A stretch of 64,000 nucleotides of DNA from an uncultured Ignavibacteriales bacterium (GCA_963706055.1 CAVPND010000052.1:10712-74711), one strand, 5' to 3'; counted from the first letter of the stretch, positions 8,664 to 19,403 are shown. The notes: a model not told the origin generated them from the sequence alone. Numbers and translations are program-made.

Positions 8664-11340
8664 AAATCACTCCCGAAATATCCGGCTGCTCTTCATTCAT
8701 AAAACTATGCGATGCAATGTGAACAATTTTATAATCTTTAACATTTGTTTTAAAGGAATCTTCTTTAGCATCCGCATAAAAATATGCAGTGCTAATACCC
8801 GAAGTCTTATTTTTATTAAACAGATCAATTATAGAATTAACTTCCCATTCACTGTACTTTAACTCATCATAGTTCTTACCATCAATTGAAACAGAGCGCA
8901 CAACATTATCATTTGAAGCCAACAAAGATGGGTTGAGTGTTGAAATTGTATATCCAAGCAGCTTGTCCTTGGGAAATACCGGTGCAAAGCCAATGAAATT
9001 TTTCGAAGGGTTGCTTTTGGTTTCTTTTTGCGCATCAACAAACAACGAGGCCGAGTAATGATATGAAATATCATAATCTTTAATCAGGTAACTAATTTTT
9101 CTAGAATCCTTTTCTTTAGGATTTTGTGATTTTGTAAACAATGCTTCGAATGGCACTTTAAATAATACATCATGTGGAATTATAAGAAGCTTGGTTTTAG
9201 ATTTTATAGTTGAAACAACAGGTTCAATTAATAATTCCGTAAGCCGGTTTGCAGAATTTATGTACCTCGTTGTTTCAGATTTTAAAATTGATGAGTAAAA
9301 ATCTTTTATCAAAAACTCAAAATCACCCGGTTTATTGATTTCAATTATTTCAAATCTTTCTTTACTAATTGCTGCGATATAAATGCTGCTGTCCCCAACA
9401 AAATATTCTATTAATGCGGAATTGTCGTGCAAATGATTTTTAATTTCCGCAACAGTCTGAATAGCTTGTTTATATTTTAGATTATAATAATCAGGGTATT
9501 TATTTTCTATCTCACTAACCAGGGTTTCGTGTTGATTTATAAAATCAAAAACCTTGTTTTGATAATCGTTTACCTTTAGGCTGTCCTTTCTATTTTTGCT
9601 TTGCAACTCAATCTTTAACTGAGAGTCATAGAACAATAATTCTTCTTTAATGTTTTTTTCTTTTTCCAAAATATCTTCCGAAATCTTTGCAAACCGCTTG
9701 GCGTTTGACTCCAAAATTCCTTGCTGCAGAACTGCAGCCTTACTTTTCTCAATAAAATAAAAAGCTCTTTCTTCATAGACTGCATTTCCGGTTGTTCTAA
9801 AAAGACTTAAAGCTGTTTCAATAGCCAGCTGGTATATGGATGAAGTTTTTTCACCAAGAAAATATTTTGAATCTTCGTTCTTGAATCCTTTAATCATTTT
9901 ATCGATCAACGTATCCGCTAAACTAATTGTATAAAATGATCGTAATAAATTTTCCTTTTGCTTTTCCTGGATTGGACTGTTTTCTTCTGATATCTCTATA
10001 AATATTTTCGATTTTATTTTTAATGAATTAAGCAAATGCACTTCGGAATTAACTTTGTTAAGATTAGGATTAGCGACTACATCTGCATTATTAAAATCAA
10101 TCACACATTCAATAATTGATTTTTGAACAGCAATAAGAGCCGAGTCATAATTATTCTTCGCTAAATATGTCTCAGCCATATTTTGATAAATTTTTGAAAT
10201 ATCTGCTCTTTTAGATTCACCAAGATTTTTCCATACGTCAAAAGATTTATAGTATTGTTCAATTGCTTTATCGTAATCTTTATTTTCGTAATATATTAAA
10301 CCAATATTCATATAGCTCTGGGCAATTGATGGATGATTTTGCTTAAACTTTTCCATTCTAAGGGTCAGAGCAAGATTAAAATACTCAAAAGCTTTCTTAA
10401 GTTCTTTCTTCTTCCAGTAAACAAGCCCAAGGTTATTATAACTTGTTGCAACAAGATCGTGCTTATCGCCAAGCACGTTTTTTCTTATAGATAGAGACTT
10501 TATATGATTTTCTTCCGCTTTATCATACTCAGACATATTCTGATAACAATTTCCAATATTATTATAGCTGGAAGCGGTTAAATGGTGCTGCTCGCCGACT
10601 AGTTTTAAACGTATGCTTAATGACTTCTGATAAAACTCAAGCGCTTTTCCATAATCGCCTCTGTCAAAGTAATTTATTCCAATATTATTATAGGAGGCCG
10701 CAACAGAGGAATGTTCTTCGCCAAAAACATTTTTTTTAATTTCGAGTGATTTTAAAAAATAATCTAACGCTTTTTCTTTGTTTGATCTTTTCGAATAGAT
10801 AATTCCAATACTGTTATAAGTATCGGCAACGTCGGAATGGTTTTCACCAAGAAGATTTTTTCTTATCTCAAGAGCCAATTGAAACATCTCAAGTGATTTG
10901 TTTAGATCTTCGGTATAGTCATAGTAAATTCCTGTTGCCTGGTATATCTGCGCGGCAGTTAAAGTATTTTCACCCAGCTTATCCAAACATAATGTTCGGG
11001 CTTCAGTTAAGTAATTAATAGATTCATCATACCTGCCGAGGTAGCAAAGATTGTATCCAACATAATTCTTAGCTTGAATATATTTTAACCATAGTTTACG
11101 ATCATCAAATTGTTTTAATAAGCTTTCATAAATCTCAATGGTTTTTTGAAATTTGGTAATAGAACTATCGTACTTAGCTTTATTTAAATATTCTTTTCCT
11201 GCTGAATAAAATTCTAACGCCGTTGTTGTATCCTGGAGGACATAGGTGTCTTTCTGATACTCAGTCTTGTTTTGGGCAGTTAGATTGTTTTGAAAAACCA
11301 AAAACAATAATGCGGTAATTACGTTTATTTTATACATCAT
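8527..11340 (-). CDS. TPR-repeat / CHAT-domain (caspase-like) protein with signal peptide
   Basis: ORF track 945 aa from TTG 11364; ATG at 11340 gives MMYKINVITALLFLVFQNNLTAQ. About nine 40-aa TPR units (..YNNIGxxYxxxxxYDKALEYxxKSL..). CHAT catalytic region HIASHS...LVVLSSCESGLGK. Confidence 0.8.
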   Translation of the reverse strand: MMYKINVITALLFLVFQNNLTAQNKTEYQKDTYVLQDTTTALEFYSAGKEYLNKAKYDSSITKFQKTIEIYESLLKQFDDRKLWLKYIQAKNYVGYNLCYLGRYDESINYLTEARTLCLDKLGENTLTAAQIYQATGIYYDYTEDLNKSLEMFQLALEIRKNLLGENHSDVADTYNSIGIIYSKRSNKEKALDYFLKSLEIKKNVFGEEHSSVAASYNNIGINYFDRGDYGKALEFYQKSLSIRLKLVGEQHHLTASSYNNIGNCYQNMSEYDKAEENHIKSLSIRKNVLGDKHDLVATSYNNLGLVYWKKKELKKAFEYFNLALTLRMEKFKQNHPSIAQSYMNIGLIYYENKDYDKAIEQYYKSFDVWKNLGESKRADISKIYQNMAETYLAKNNYDSALIAVQKSIIECVIDFNNADVVANPNLNKVNSEVHLLNSLKIKSKIFIEISEENSPIQEKQKENLLRSFYTISLADTLIDKMIKGFKNEDSKYFLGEKTSSIYQLAIETALSLFRTTGNAVYEERAFYFIEKSKAAVLQQGILESNAKRFAKISEDILEKEKNIKEELLFYDSQLKIELQSKNRKDSLKVNDYQNKVFDFINQHETLVSEIENKYPDYYNLKYKQAIQTVAEIKNHLHDNSALIEYFVGDSSIYIAAISKERFEIIEINKPGDFEFLIKDFYSSILKSETTRYINSANRLTELLIEPVVSTIKSKTKLLIIPHDVLFKVPFEALFTKSQNPKEKDSRKISYLIKDYDISYHYSASLFVDAQKETKSNPSKNFIGFAPVFPKDKLLGYTISTLNPSLLASNDNVVRSVSIDGKNYDELKYSEWEVNSIIDLFNKNKTSGISTAYFYADAKEDSFKTNVKDYKIVHIASHSFMNEEQPDISGVIFAQPADSVFSNDGILYSGETYNLELSADLVVLSSCESGLGKLFPR

Positions 11341-11483
11341 ACATCTGGATATTTTACTTAACAATTCTATTGGAAAAACATTTGGGGGAAAAGATTGAAT
11401 GGAAATTAAGTATTAGATTAAGAGTTGTCAACTGTGTTATTTATCAAAAACAATTAACAACTCTTTAAACATTTGTAATACAA

Positions 11484-12083
11484 TTATCTAAGTAAAATCA
11501 TTTTCTTAGTTTCAACAAAACTATCCGCTTGAAGTTTGTAGAAATAAACTCCGCTTGAAAATTTGCTTCCGTCAAAAAATACTTCATACGTACCAGGAAG
11601 CATTACTTCATTAACAAGAGTTGCAACTTCTTTACCCAGTAAATCGTAAACCTTGAGTGTTACATATTGCCTACTGCTTACTGCATACTGAATATTTGTG
11701 CTTGGATTAAATGGGTTGGGATAATTCTGGTATAAAATAAATTCCTGTGGAATAGTATTTTCTTCAGTTTCGATCTTAGTGTATATATCATTTAGATATC
11801 CTGGTGTACCATACATTCCGGAAGCTCTCCAGCTTTCTGCAATTGAATTATCTAACTGCGGATTAACTAATGATAAGGTTGGGCCATTTCCATTTGGCTG
11901 CGTTGGCCAGAGTCCACTTGATGCATATGTGACTTCATCAATAATATTATCTTGATCATCTTTTAATATTATATGGTCACCACTGCTGCTTAAACCAAAA
12001 CTTATGTTTCCTAAAATATTTTTCTGATTTGGATGAAGTAGTTTAAAGTTAACAGTATCTCTGCATAACACTAAATAATGCAT
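11484..12083 (-). CDS. C-terminal fragment of LTD-CotH protein: end of second lamin-tail domain plus T9SS sorting domain
   Basis: 199 aa. QNYPNPFNPSTNIQY...LKVYDLLGKEVATLVNE...SSGVYFYKLQADSFVETKKMILLR. Confidence 0.7.
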   Translation of the reverse strand: MHYLVLCRDTVNFKLLHPNQKNILGNISFGLSSSGDHIILKDDQDNIIDEVTYASSGLWPTQPNGNGPTLSLVNPQLDNSIAESWRASGMYGTPGYLNDIYTKIETEENTIPQEFILYQNYPNPFNPSTNIQYAVSSRQYVTLKVYDLLGKEVATLVNEVMLPGTYEVFFDGSKFSSGVYFYKLQADSFVETKKMILLR

Positions 12084-12759
12084 TTGCTCCCAAGATTATC
12101 CCGTTCGGAAAGGTAAATTGATTAGCCAAATTATTATCAATAAAATTCCATCCGGCAATATCAACCGCTTCAACAGCAGGATTATAAAACTCTATCCAAT
12201 CTTCTGTATCAAACACAGCTGATGATTTATAATTAATTTCATTTATTACCACCGATGTTACCGTTAATTCGGCCGGTTCAAATACTGCTGTTAAGGTTGA
12301 GTTATTATTAAGCACAACAAATATTTCTGGTGAGTTAGAGTTTGATATCCCTTCCCACTGCAAAAATCTATATCCCGGCATTGGTAATGCTTTTATATGA
12401 ATGGGAATCTCTTTAAAGAAAACATTTGTTGATTCGTTGTTTTTTACTTCAACAGTATTTGTGAAAACTTTTCCCCATTCAGGATTATTTCTACTAATAA
12501 CAAGTGATGCTGATCCGGCTAAACCAAATTTGCTGTTAAAATGACCTCTGATATTTACTGGTCTTTCAGAAGCAAAGTTTCGCATTACATCAATAAGTTC
12601 TTCCCATGTATCACCAAAAGAAATTGATTGAGGCCATCGTTCTTTATGTCTTGGAATTTCGGAAGCAATATTCGCAGCCATACTATCAATAACTGCTAAG
12701 AACGTGATTTGGTTCAAATGTTGTATTAATATGTGCGGCCATTCTCTGAATAAATTCAT
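12049..12759 (-). CDS. middle fragment of LTD-CotH protein
   Basis: 236 aa. Joins 12686..14479 (..FEPNHVL | AVIDSMAANIASEI..) through a one-base shift. Second lamin-tail-like domain VVINEINYKSSAVFDTEDWIEFYNPAVEAVDIAGWNF. Confidence 0.65.
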   Translation of the reverse strand: MNLFREWPHILIQHLNQITFLAVIDSMAANIASEIPRHKERWPQSISFGDTWEELIDVMRNFASERPVNIRGHFNSKFGLAGSASLVISRNNPEWGKVFTNTVEVKNNESTNVFFKEIPIHIKALPMPGYRFLQWEGISNSNSPEIFVVLNNNSTLTAVFEPAELTVTSVVINEINYKSSAVFDTEDWIEFYNPAVEAVDIAGWNFIDNNLANQFTFPNGIILGANALFSVMQRYC

Positions 12760-14479
12760 TTTTAAAATCAGGATTATCTAGAAGTTTTCTTAACATTAAA
12801 GTTGACCAAGGCGGATTAGGCCAATCAGGGCCATTTGTTGCGGTTGCTTGTGCAAGGGTATTTGTTGTTGCTAGTCCTTGTGCGTTTCCTCCAAAAGTAA
12901 AATCAAGATCATAAATCATCCATCGCCATTTTGAACCAGCAGTTCTTTCACGCCACAGCTTCATGTTTGAGCCTGGCCAATCTCCGTTGGCAGAATATAT
13001 TTGAGCAACTTGATAATCTATATATTCATCAATATCTACAATAGATTTTATGTAATCATAATAAGGTGGATATGCCATGTTTTTTGTCGAGAGAAAAGTA
13101 ATCATTTCATTATAAGCAGTCACATCTCCATTATTTGCATAAACGCCTTTACTAATCTCAATCAAGTCAATATTGTTTTTATCAACACCATGATGATAAA
13201 AAACATAATGCTCATTAAGTTTTTCGCGGATGTTATGAATACCCCAATACTCACCATTAATAAATAGTATAGATGGACGATAATCCTGGTAATCCAGTTT
13301 CATTCCTTTTTCGATAAGCGTTTGAACCATTCCATCACGAAACATAGTACGCCACCAATCCTGTGCAGAGCTGCGAAGAATAAAGGTGTTATATTCAGAA
13401 ACAGGAATATCATCAAACAAACGGTAGCTAAGCTTATCTGTTCCGTACTCGTCACGGAAAAAGAAAGCGAGAGATTTTTCCGGATATAGACGACTGCATC
13501 CGCCGTTTATTTTTACACCGGAGTTAACTTTAAAGGCAAGTGATTTATCAGACTCAAAAAACTCTAAACTAACCGGTCTTTCCCAATCCTGATTCCAGTT
13601 TCTTGGCTGTGAACTGCAATTACCAGTAATTCCATTTGTACCCGCAACATAAATACCGGACGTATCACTAAAAAAATTTGCCGGATCAGTTACTAAAGAG
13701 AACACCGGAAGATCTGTTGATTCATTTATAAAATATGTTCTTGTTTCTGTTATGCTGGGTGTATATCCATCTTTAAATGCACGGAATCTTAAAACGGATG
13801 TAGAATCGATTTGCAATGGAATTGAATAAATATTACTGGATGAGTTTGGAATCGTTCCATCATTTGTAAATCGAATTGTAACATCAGTTAAGTTGTGAGA
13901 TGCTGTGATACTTATTCCCGCAGGATAAAATCCACTTTGTGTAGAAATTGTTGGAAGGGGAAGAATATTAAAAATTCCTGATTCTAAATTGGCCGCTGCC
14001 GGTGTAGCGGGAGAAAATGTAAACCAATTATTTGTTCCGTTCGGAAATCTGCCCATCGAAATATCTATTTGTTGCAAACCGAAAGTGATTGTATCAACTA
14101 ATGTTAAATTAGGACTAAACAATCCTATGCTTTCACCTGTAGCACTTAATTTAAAGTTAGCATGATTGCCAGTGTTCACATCATCAGCCCAAATTATAGC
14201 ATATCCACCCGCTTCAACAATAAGATCATTTTGAATTTGAAATTTTTGCGGTTGTGATAAATCATCAGTTATATAATAATCCTTTAAATTAATCCACGTT
14301 GAACCTGAGTTATAAATCTCAATCCAGTCTGCGAAGTTGTTGTAATCGGGATCTGCAATTGTGGTTGAGTTTGATGCCATAAACTCATTTATAAAGAGCC
14401 CCTGTGCATTTACAGAATATGTATAAAATAATAAGAGAATTACTGTTAGTTTTTTGAAATGAGTAAAGCGAAATATCAT
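12686..14479 (-). CDS. secreted lamin-tail-domain + CotH-family (atypical kinase fold) protein, N-terminal fragment
   Basis: 597 aa. Signal peptide ..LTVILLLFYTYSVNAQ. LTD: LFINEFMASNSTTIADPDYNNFADWIEIYNSG. CotH-like core: ILFINGEYWGIHNIREKLNEHY and GDWPGSNMKLWRER..WRWMIYDLDFTFG. Confidence 0.75.
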   Translation of the reverse strand: MIFRFTHFKKLTVILLLFYTYSVNAQGLFINEFMASNSTTIADPDYNNFADWIEIYNSGSTWINLKDYYITDDLSQPQKFQIQNDLIVEAGGYAIIWADDVNTGNHANFKLSATGESIGLFSPNLTLVDTITFGLQQIDISMGRFPNGTNNWFTFSPATPAAANLESGIFNILPLPTISTQSGFYPAGISITASHNLTDVTIRFTNDGTIPNSSSNIYSIPLQIDSTSVLRFRAFKDGYTPSITETRTYFINESTDLPVFSLVTDPANFFSDTSGIYVAGTNGITGNCSSQPRNWNQDWERPVSLEFFESDKSLAFKVNSGVKINGGCSRLYPEKSLAFFFRDEYGTDKLSYRLFDDIPVSEYNTFILRSSAQDWWRTMFRDGMVQTLIEKGMKLDYQDYRPSILFINGEYWGIHNIREKLNEHYVFYHHGVDKNNIDLIEISKGVYANNGDVTAYNEMITFLSTKNMAYPPYYDYIKSIVDIDEYIDYQVAQIYSANGDWPGSNMKLWRERTAGSKWRWMIYDLDFTFGGNAQGLATTNTLAQATATNGPDWPNPPWSTLMLRKLLDNPDFKNEFIQRMAAHINTTFEPNHVLSSY

Positions 14480-14711
14480 TATTTTTTTGTCCTATTATAA
14501 TAATTCCAAAATTACCAATAATGATCGTAATATTTTTAGCAGATTTTCATTTGATTAGAATCAATCAGCTTATAAATCTTTAAGTATTAACATTTATTTT
14601 AATTAATCCAGATTATATTTGCCAAAGCATTTATGAATAACGAGCAACTATTTGTATTTGTGTAGAATAACTAGAAGACTATAATTCAATCCATAGAAAA
14701 AGGAGCATCAT

Positions 14712-15140
14712 ATGAAATCTATAAATCCATATCTAAACTTTCCCGGTAACACAGAAGAAGCTTTTAACTTTTATAAAAAAGTTTTTGGCGGAGATTTTCT
14801 TGGAGGAATTTTTCGTTTTAAAGACACACCCGAAGCAGAAAAGATGAATGCTGCTGACAAAGAAAAAATTATGCACGTTGCTTTACCAATGGGTAAAACA
14901 AATATGATTATGGCGACGGATGCTCTTGAATCAATGGGATTCAAGCTAACCTTTGGAAACAATTTTTATATTTCCATAGATGCCGAAAGCAAAGAAGAGG
15001 CAGATAAACTTTTTAACGCTCTTTCTGAAGGCGGCAAAATAGAAATGAAAATGGCCGATCAGTTTTGGGGAGATTATTTTGGTTCTTTGGCTGATAAATT
15101 TGGTGTTAGATGGATGATCAGTTTTTCTAACAGATCATAA
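14712..15140 (+). CDS. VOC-superfamily (glyoxalase/PhnB-like) protein
   Basis: 142 aa. GGAG 8 nt upstream. INPYLNFPGNTEEAFNFYKKVFGG...HVALPMG...FWGDYFGSLADKFGVRWMI is typical of the PhnB/YjdN-type VOC fold. Confidence 0.8.
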   Translation: MKSINPYLNFPGNTEEAFNFYKKVFGGDFLGGIFRFKDTPEAEKMNAADKEKIMHVALPMGKTNMIMATDALESMGFKLTFGNNFYISIDAESKEEADKLFNALSEGGKIEMKMADQFWGDYFGSLADKFGVRWMISFSNRS

Positions 15141-15216
15141 ATTATTCTTCATAGGAGAAGTAATAGCACAAAGAATAATAATTTTTATATAAAGTTTTAC
15201 TTTAATAGGAAAAAAA

Positions 15217-15866
15217 ATGCAAATATTAAGAGTTGAAAGTTTTTCAATTTCAGTTGATGGTTTCGGAGCGGGACCAAATCAAAGCCTGGAAAATCCCTTG
15301 GGAGAGGTGGTACAGAATTGCATAAATGGTTCTATCCAACATACATTTTTCAAAAAAATGTATTGGGGAAGGATGAGGGCACAACCGGGATTGATAATGA
15401 CTTTGCAAAACGGGGATTTAACAATATTGGTGCTTGGATTTTAGGCAGAAATATGTTTGGCCCTATCCGCGGACATTGGCCTGATGAAAATTGGAAAGGC
15501 TGGTGGGGTGATAGCCCACCGTATCAAGTGCCGGTATTTGTTTTAACCAATCATCCCCGCAAATCAATTGAAATGGAAGGGGGAACCATATTTCATTTTG
15601 TTACCGAGGGTATTAATGTTGCACTTGAGCGTGCGTTTGATTCTGCCAAGGGAAAAGACGTTCGAATTGGTGGAGGAGCAAATGTAATTCGTCAATATCT
15701 AAATGCAAAATTAATTGATGAAATGCATCTTGTTGTTTCACCTATCTTTTTGGGTTCGGGAGAAAGCCTTTTTCTAAATACAGATTTGACATCTCTGGGA
15801 TATAAATGTACTGAACATGCCTATACAGATAACGCAACACATTTAATTATAAGCAAGAAAAAATGA
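15217..15866 (+). pseudogene. RibD_C / dihydrofolate-reductase-like family protein, one frame break near 15300-15310
   Basis: ORFs 15217..15444 (MQILRVESFSISVDGFGAGPNQSLENPLGE) and 15318..15866 (GGTELHKWF...GRNMFGPIRG..WKGWWGDSPPYQVPVFVLTNH...IGGGANVIRQYL..LIDEMHLVVSPIFLGSGESLF) form one family member. This break looks like a missing base. Confidence 0.75.
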
Positions 15867-15879
15867 AGGGCAAAACATA

Positions 15880-16786
15880 ATGCAAAAGATAACCCCATTT
15901 CTCTGGTTTAATGACAACGCAGAAGAAGCAGCAAATTATTATGTGGATGTTTTTGATAACTCAAAAATATTAAACATAACCAGGTACAACGATGATAGCG
16001 CTAAAGCATCCGGTCAAAAATCCGGAAATGCGATGACAGTTGCATTTCAACTTGAAGGGCAAACATTTACCGCACTTAATGGCGGACCTCATTTTAGAAT
16101 TAATCCATGCAATTTCTTTTTTTGTTTATTGTGAAAGTGAAAACAAAATTGAAAAACTGTATAATCGATTATTGGATGGTGGTAATGTAATGATGCCGCT
16201 TGATAAATATGATTGGAGTCCAAAGTATGCATGGGTGCAGGATAAATTTGGTGTTTCCTGGCAGTTGGATGTTGAAAAAATTAATAATTCCCAAAAAATT
16301 CTTCCGGCTTTATTATTTGCAAATGAAAAATTTGATAAAGTAAAAGAGGCTGTAACATTTTATTCCTCTGTTTTCCCGGATTCAAAAATATTACTCGAAG
16401 CACCTTTTGATAAATCAGCGGGACTCTCTGATGATACTTTGCTTTTTGCCCAATTCAAATTGTCTGATTATTTGTTTAATGCAATGAGCGGTTCAACTAT
16501 GAAGCACGAATTTGATTTTAATGAAGCATTTTCATTTGTAGTTAATTGTAAAGATCAGGAAGAGGTTGATTATTACTGGGACAAGCTTATTTCGGACGGT
16601 GGCTCTGAAAGTCAATGTGCATGGTTAAAAGATAAATTTGGTGTTTCGTGGCAAATTGTTCCAACGAGATTGATTGAGTTGCTTGGAGATCCTGATCCGG
16701 TTAAATCACAAAAAGTAATGATAGCAATGCTTCAAATGAAAAAAATAATAATTGAAGATTTAGAAAAGGCATACAACGCAAAGTGA
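15880..16786 (+). pseudogene. two-domain VOC protein (3-demethylubiquinone-9 3-methyltransferase-like domain family), one extra base near 16105-16110
   Basis: MQKITPFLWFNDNAEEAANYYVDVF...TALNGGPHFRINP joins AISFFVYCESENKIEKLYNRLL...DKFGVSWQL. A second copy of the domain ends ..AWLKDKFGVSWQIVP. Confidence 0.75.
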
Positions 16787-16838
16787 GCGGTCTTTATAAC
16801 AAGACACGTTAAATCTCTAAACAACGAAAGATGAAGAT

Positions 16839-17432
16839 ATGAGAAAAATTATTGTTTTATCATTTATTACATTAGACGGGGTAATGCAAGCACCCGGCGG
16901 GCCTGAGGAAGACACTTCGGGCGGTTTCAAATATGGTGGTTGGGTTGTACCTTATTTTGACGAAGTTGGTAGTAAGGTCATGGAAAAACAGATGAAACCA
17001 GCAGATCTTCTTTTGGGCAGAAAAACATTTGAGATTTTTGCCTCCTACTGGCCTAAACATTCAGACAATTGGCCAGGTATCAATAATGTTACAAAATATG
17101 TCATATCTAAGACCATGAAAAAATCAGGATGGGAAAATTCAGTTTTCTTCAAAAGTCTGGCAGATATCAAAAAGCTTAAATCTTCAAAAGGTTCTGACAT
17201 TCAAGTTCACGGTAGCGGTGAGCTGATTCAGTTGCTTCTTAAGAATGATTTAGTGGATGAACTCTGGCTGAAAATTTACCCGATAACTCTTGGTAAAGGA
17301 AAAAAGTTTTTTGACAAAGGCACGACTCCGGCAGCATTTAAATTAACAGAAAGTTTAGTGACACCCCGTGGAGTTATTATTGCGAATTACAGGCGGGTGG
17401 GTAAAGTCAAAACAGGTACTTTTGAAGCTTAA
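16839..17432 (+). CDS. RibD_C / dihydrofolate-reductase-like family protein
   Basis: 197 aa. MRKIIVLSFITLDGVMQAPGGPEEDTSGGFKYGGW...LLLGRKTFEIFASYWP...IQVHGSGELIQLLLKNDLVDELWLKIYPITLGKGKKFF. Confidence 0.85.
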   Translation: MRKIIVLSFITLDGVMQAPGGPEEDTSGGFKYGGWVVPYFDEVGSKVMEKQMKPADLLLGRKTFEIFASYWPKHSDNWPGINNVTKYVISKTMKKSGWENSVFFKSLADIKKLKSSKGSDIQVHGSGELIQLLLKNDLVDELWLKIYPITLGKGKKFFDKGTTPAAFKLTESLVTPRGVIIANYRRVGKVKTGTFEA

Positions 17433-17640
17433 CAAGAAATGAAATCAGCAAAAATTATTGTCGCAGGTTTAGAAAATGCGATAAATTAAAAATGCCTTGT
17501 TTGAAATCAGGAAAGAAAATAATAAATGTTATAGCTGAATATATCGGTTCTTTTCCAGATGATATTCAAATCATTTGATTGTGGGATAATTTTACTTAAG
17601 TATTCAATAAACCAATCAAACGTAGAGTAGTCTTCCTAAT

Positions 17641-19113
17641 TTATTTTTCTAACCCAAGTTTTTCAAGCATCCTCCTGGAATTATCGGCTGCAGGACTTTT
17701 AGGATTTACTTCGATTGCTTTTTTATAATACTTAATTGCTAATTCCTTTTGCCCGTTAGCGGCATACGCTTCCGCAAGACTGTCCCAAGCATTTGCAATT
17801 TCTGGAAACAATTCGGTATTAACTTTAAAAACTTCTATCGCATCTTTTGTTCTTTTTTCATTTAGTAAATCATATCCAACCCGATTAAGAAGAAAATCTT
17901 CCTCCATTTCAAAAAATGAATCCTTGATTATATCATGAAAATGACTTTGCAGATATTCACTTCCATTTTCAGCATAAGCTGAATAAAGTTTGCGAAAAAC
18001 GTTTGAGCCAGGTTTTTGAATTTCTTTTCCTGCAAGCAATTTGTAAATATTGTTGCCAACTTCTTCGGCAATGGGCTCGTCATAATTTGCAAGAACAATA
18101 ATTATATATCCTGTTGCCGGCTGAGAATAAACAACAGAATTTCTTCCTGGGGCCCCGCCGGCATAAGCAGAAATGTAAGCAGAGTCTATTAACATTTTTT
18201 CCCAACTAACGTTTGAAGACTTTTCATATCGATTTGCAAATAATATTTTCATTTCATCGGTAATTAATTTATTATCATAAAGTATCGAGAGTTCAAACTT
18301 CAAAAGGTCTGTTGCTGTAGAAAAAGCTGATCCTGCCGGTGATGGCGATTTTTCATAATCTATTCTTTCTTTTTTACCGGTTGATGAAAACATATATCCC
18401 GCTGGAATATCTTTATCTGCTCTAATCTTTTTATAATCGAAATAAGTGTTATTCATTTTCAAAGGTGCGAGTATATTTTTATCAACATAATCAAAGTAGC
18501 TCATACCAGTAATGCTTTCGATGACAGCACCAAGGACAGCGAAACCTGCATTGGAATATTGTCTGTCTGTCCCAGGCTCGAACAAAAGCGGTTCATCTTT
18601 GAAAGTTGAAATTATTTGATCAACTGTTGTAAGTTCACGTAGTTTGGGAATGACCCCCGGAATCATAAAATAATCACCGAACCCGGAAGTATGAGTCAGT
18701 AACTGCCGGATAGTAACGTTATCAAGAACATCCTTGGGAAACTGATTTAAATATTTATCTATCTTATCATCAAGGTTAAGCAAACCTTTTACAGCAAGTT
18801 GAAGAATCGCAATTGCTGTAAAATCTTTATTTATTGAACCTATATCAAATTTAGTATTTGTAGTATTCTCTTTCTTGCTTTCAAAATCAGCCATTCCAAA
18901 TGCTTTTAGGTAAACAGGTTTTGTATCTTTTGCAATAAGCACTACTCCTGAAAAAAGATCTTGTTTTATATATTCGTTCATCAGATTATCTACAAGATTT
19001 TGAATTTCATCTTGAGAATATTGACGCATTACTGCCGGTTTTGATTCATCTTGAGCTAATAGAATATTATTTATAAGTAGCAGGCTTAAACAGAATATTA
19101 TTTTTTTTATCAT
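17641..19113 (-). CDS. beta-lactamase-fold serine hydrolase with C-terminal TPR region, secreted
   Basis: 490 aa. Signal peptide MIKKIIFCLSLLLINNILLAQ. SxxK motif in FDIGSINKDFTA; YxN motif in RQYSNAGF. TPR-like tail ..AEAYAANGQKELAIKYYKKAIEVNP. Confidence 0.8.
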   Translation of the reverse strand: MIKKIIFCLSLLLINNILLAQDESKPAVMRQYSQDEIQNLVDNLMNEYIKQDLFSGVVLIAKDTKPVYLKAFGMADFESKKENTTNTKFDIGSINKDFTAIAILQLAVKGLLNLDDKIDKYLNQFPKDVLDNVTIRQLLTHTSGFGDYFMIPGVIPKLRELTTVDQIISTFKDEPLLFEPGTDRQYSNAGFAVLGAVIESITGMSYFDYVDKNILAPLKMNNTYFDYKKIRADKDIPAGYMFSSTGKKERIDYEKSPSPAGSAFSTATDLLKFELSILYDNKLITDEMKILFANRYEKSSNVSWEKMLIDSAYISAYAGGAPGRNSVVYSQPATGYIIIVLANYDEPIAEEVGNNIYKLLAGKEIQKPGSNVFRKLYSAYAENGSEYLQSHFHDIIKDSFFEMEEDFLLNRVGYDLLNEKRTKDAIEVFKVNTELFPEIANAWDSLAEAYAANGQKELAIKYYKKAIEVNPKSPAADNSRRMLEKLGLEK

Positions 19114-19403
19114 TTTGACTTAATCATTAAATTATTCAATATTGTTTGTATTATTAGACTCAATTCAAAGGAAAAAGTTTTATAATTAGAAAGCGGTAGA
19201 GTGAATTATAATTTTATAACAATCTCTTATTTATATACAGAAACAGAACAATAATAATTCGGGAAATATGTTTTTTGCCGATATCTTTACCTCTCTGATT
19301 AAATAATCTGGCAGGGGAATTCTTAAAGATATCATCATTATTGTTTTTATAAAGTTAAAAACTATTTGAAAAAATTTGTTTAATAAATTAGAGTGATTAT
19401 TAT

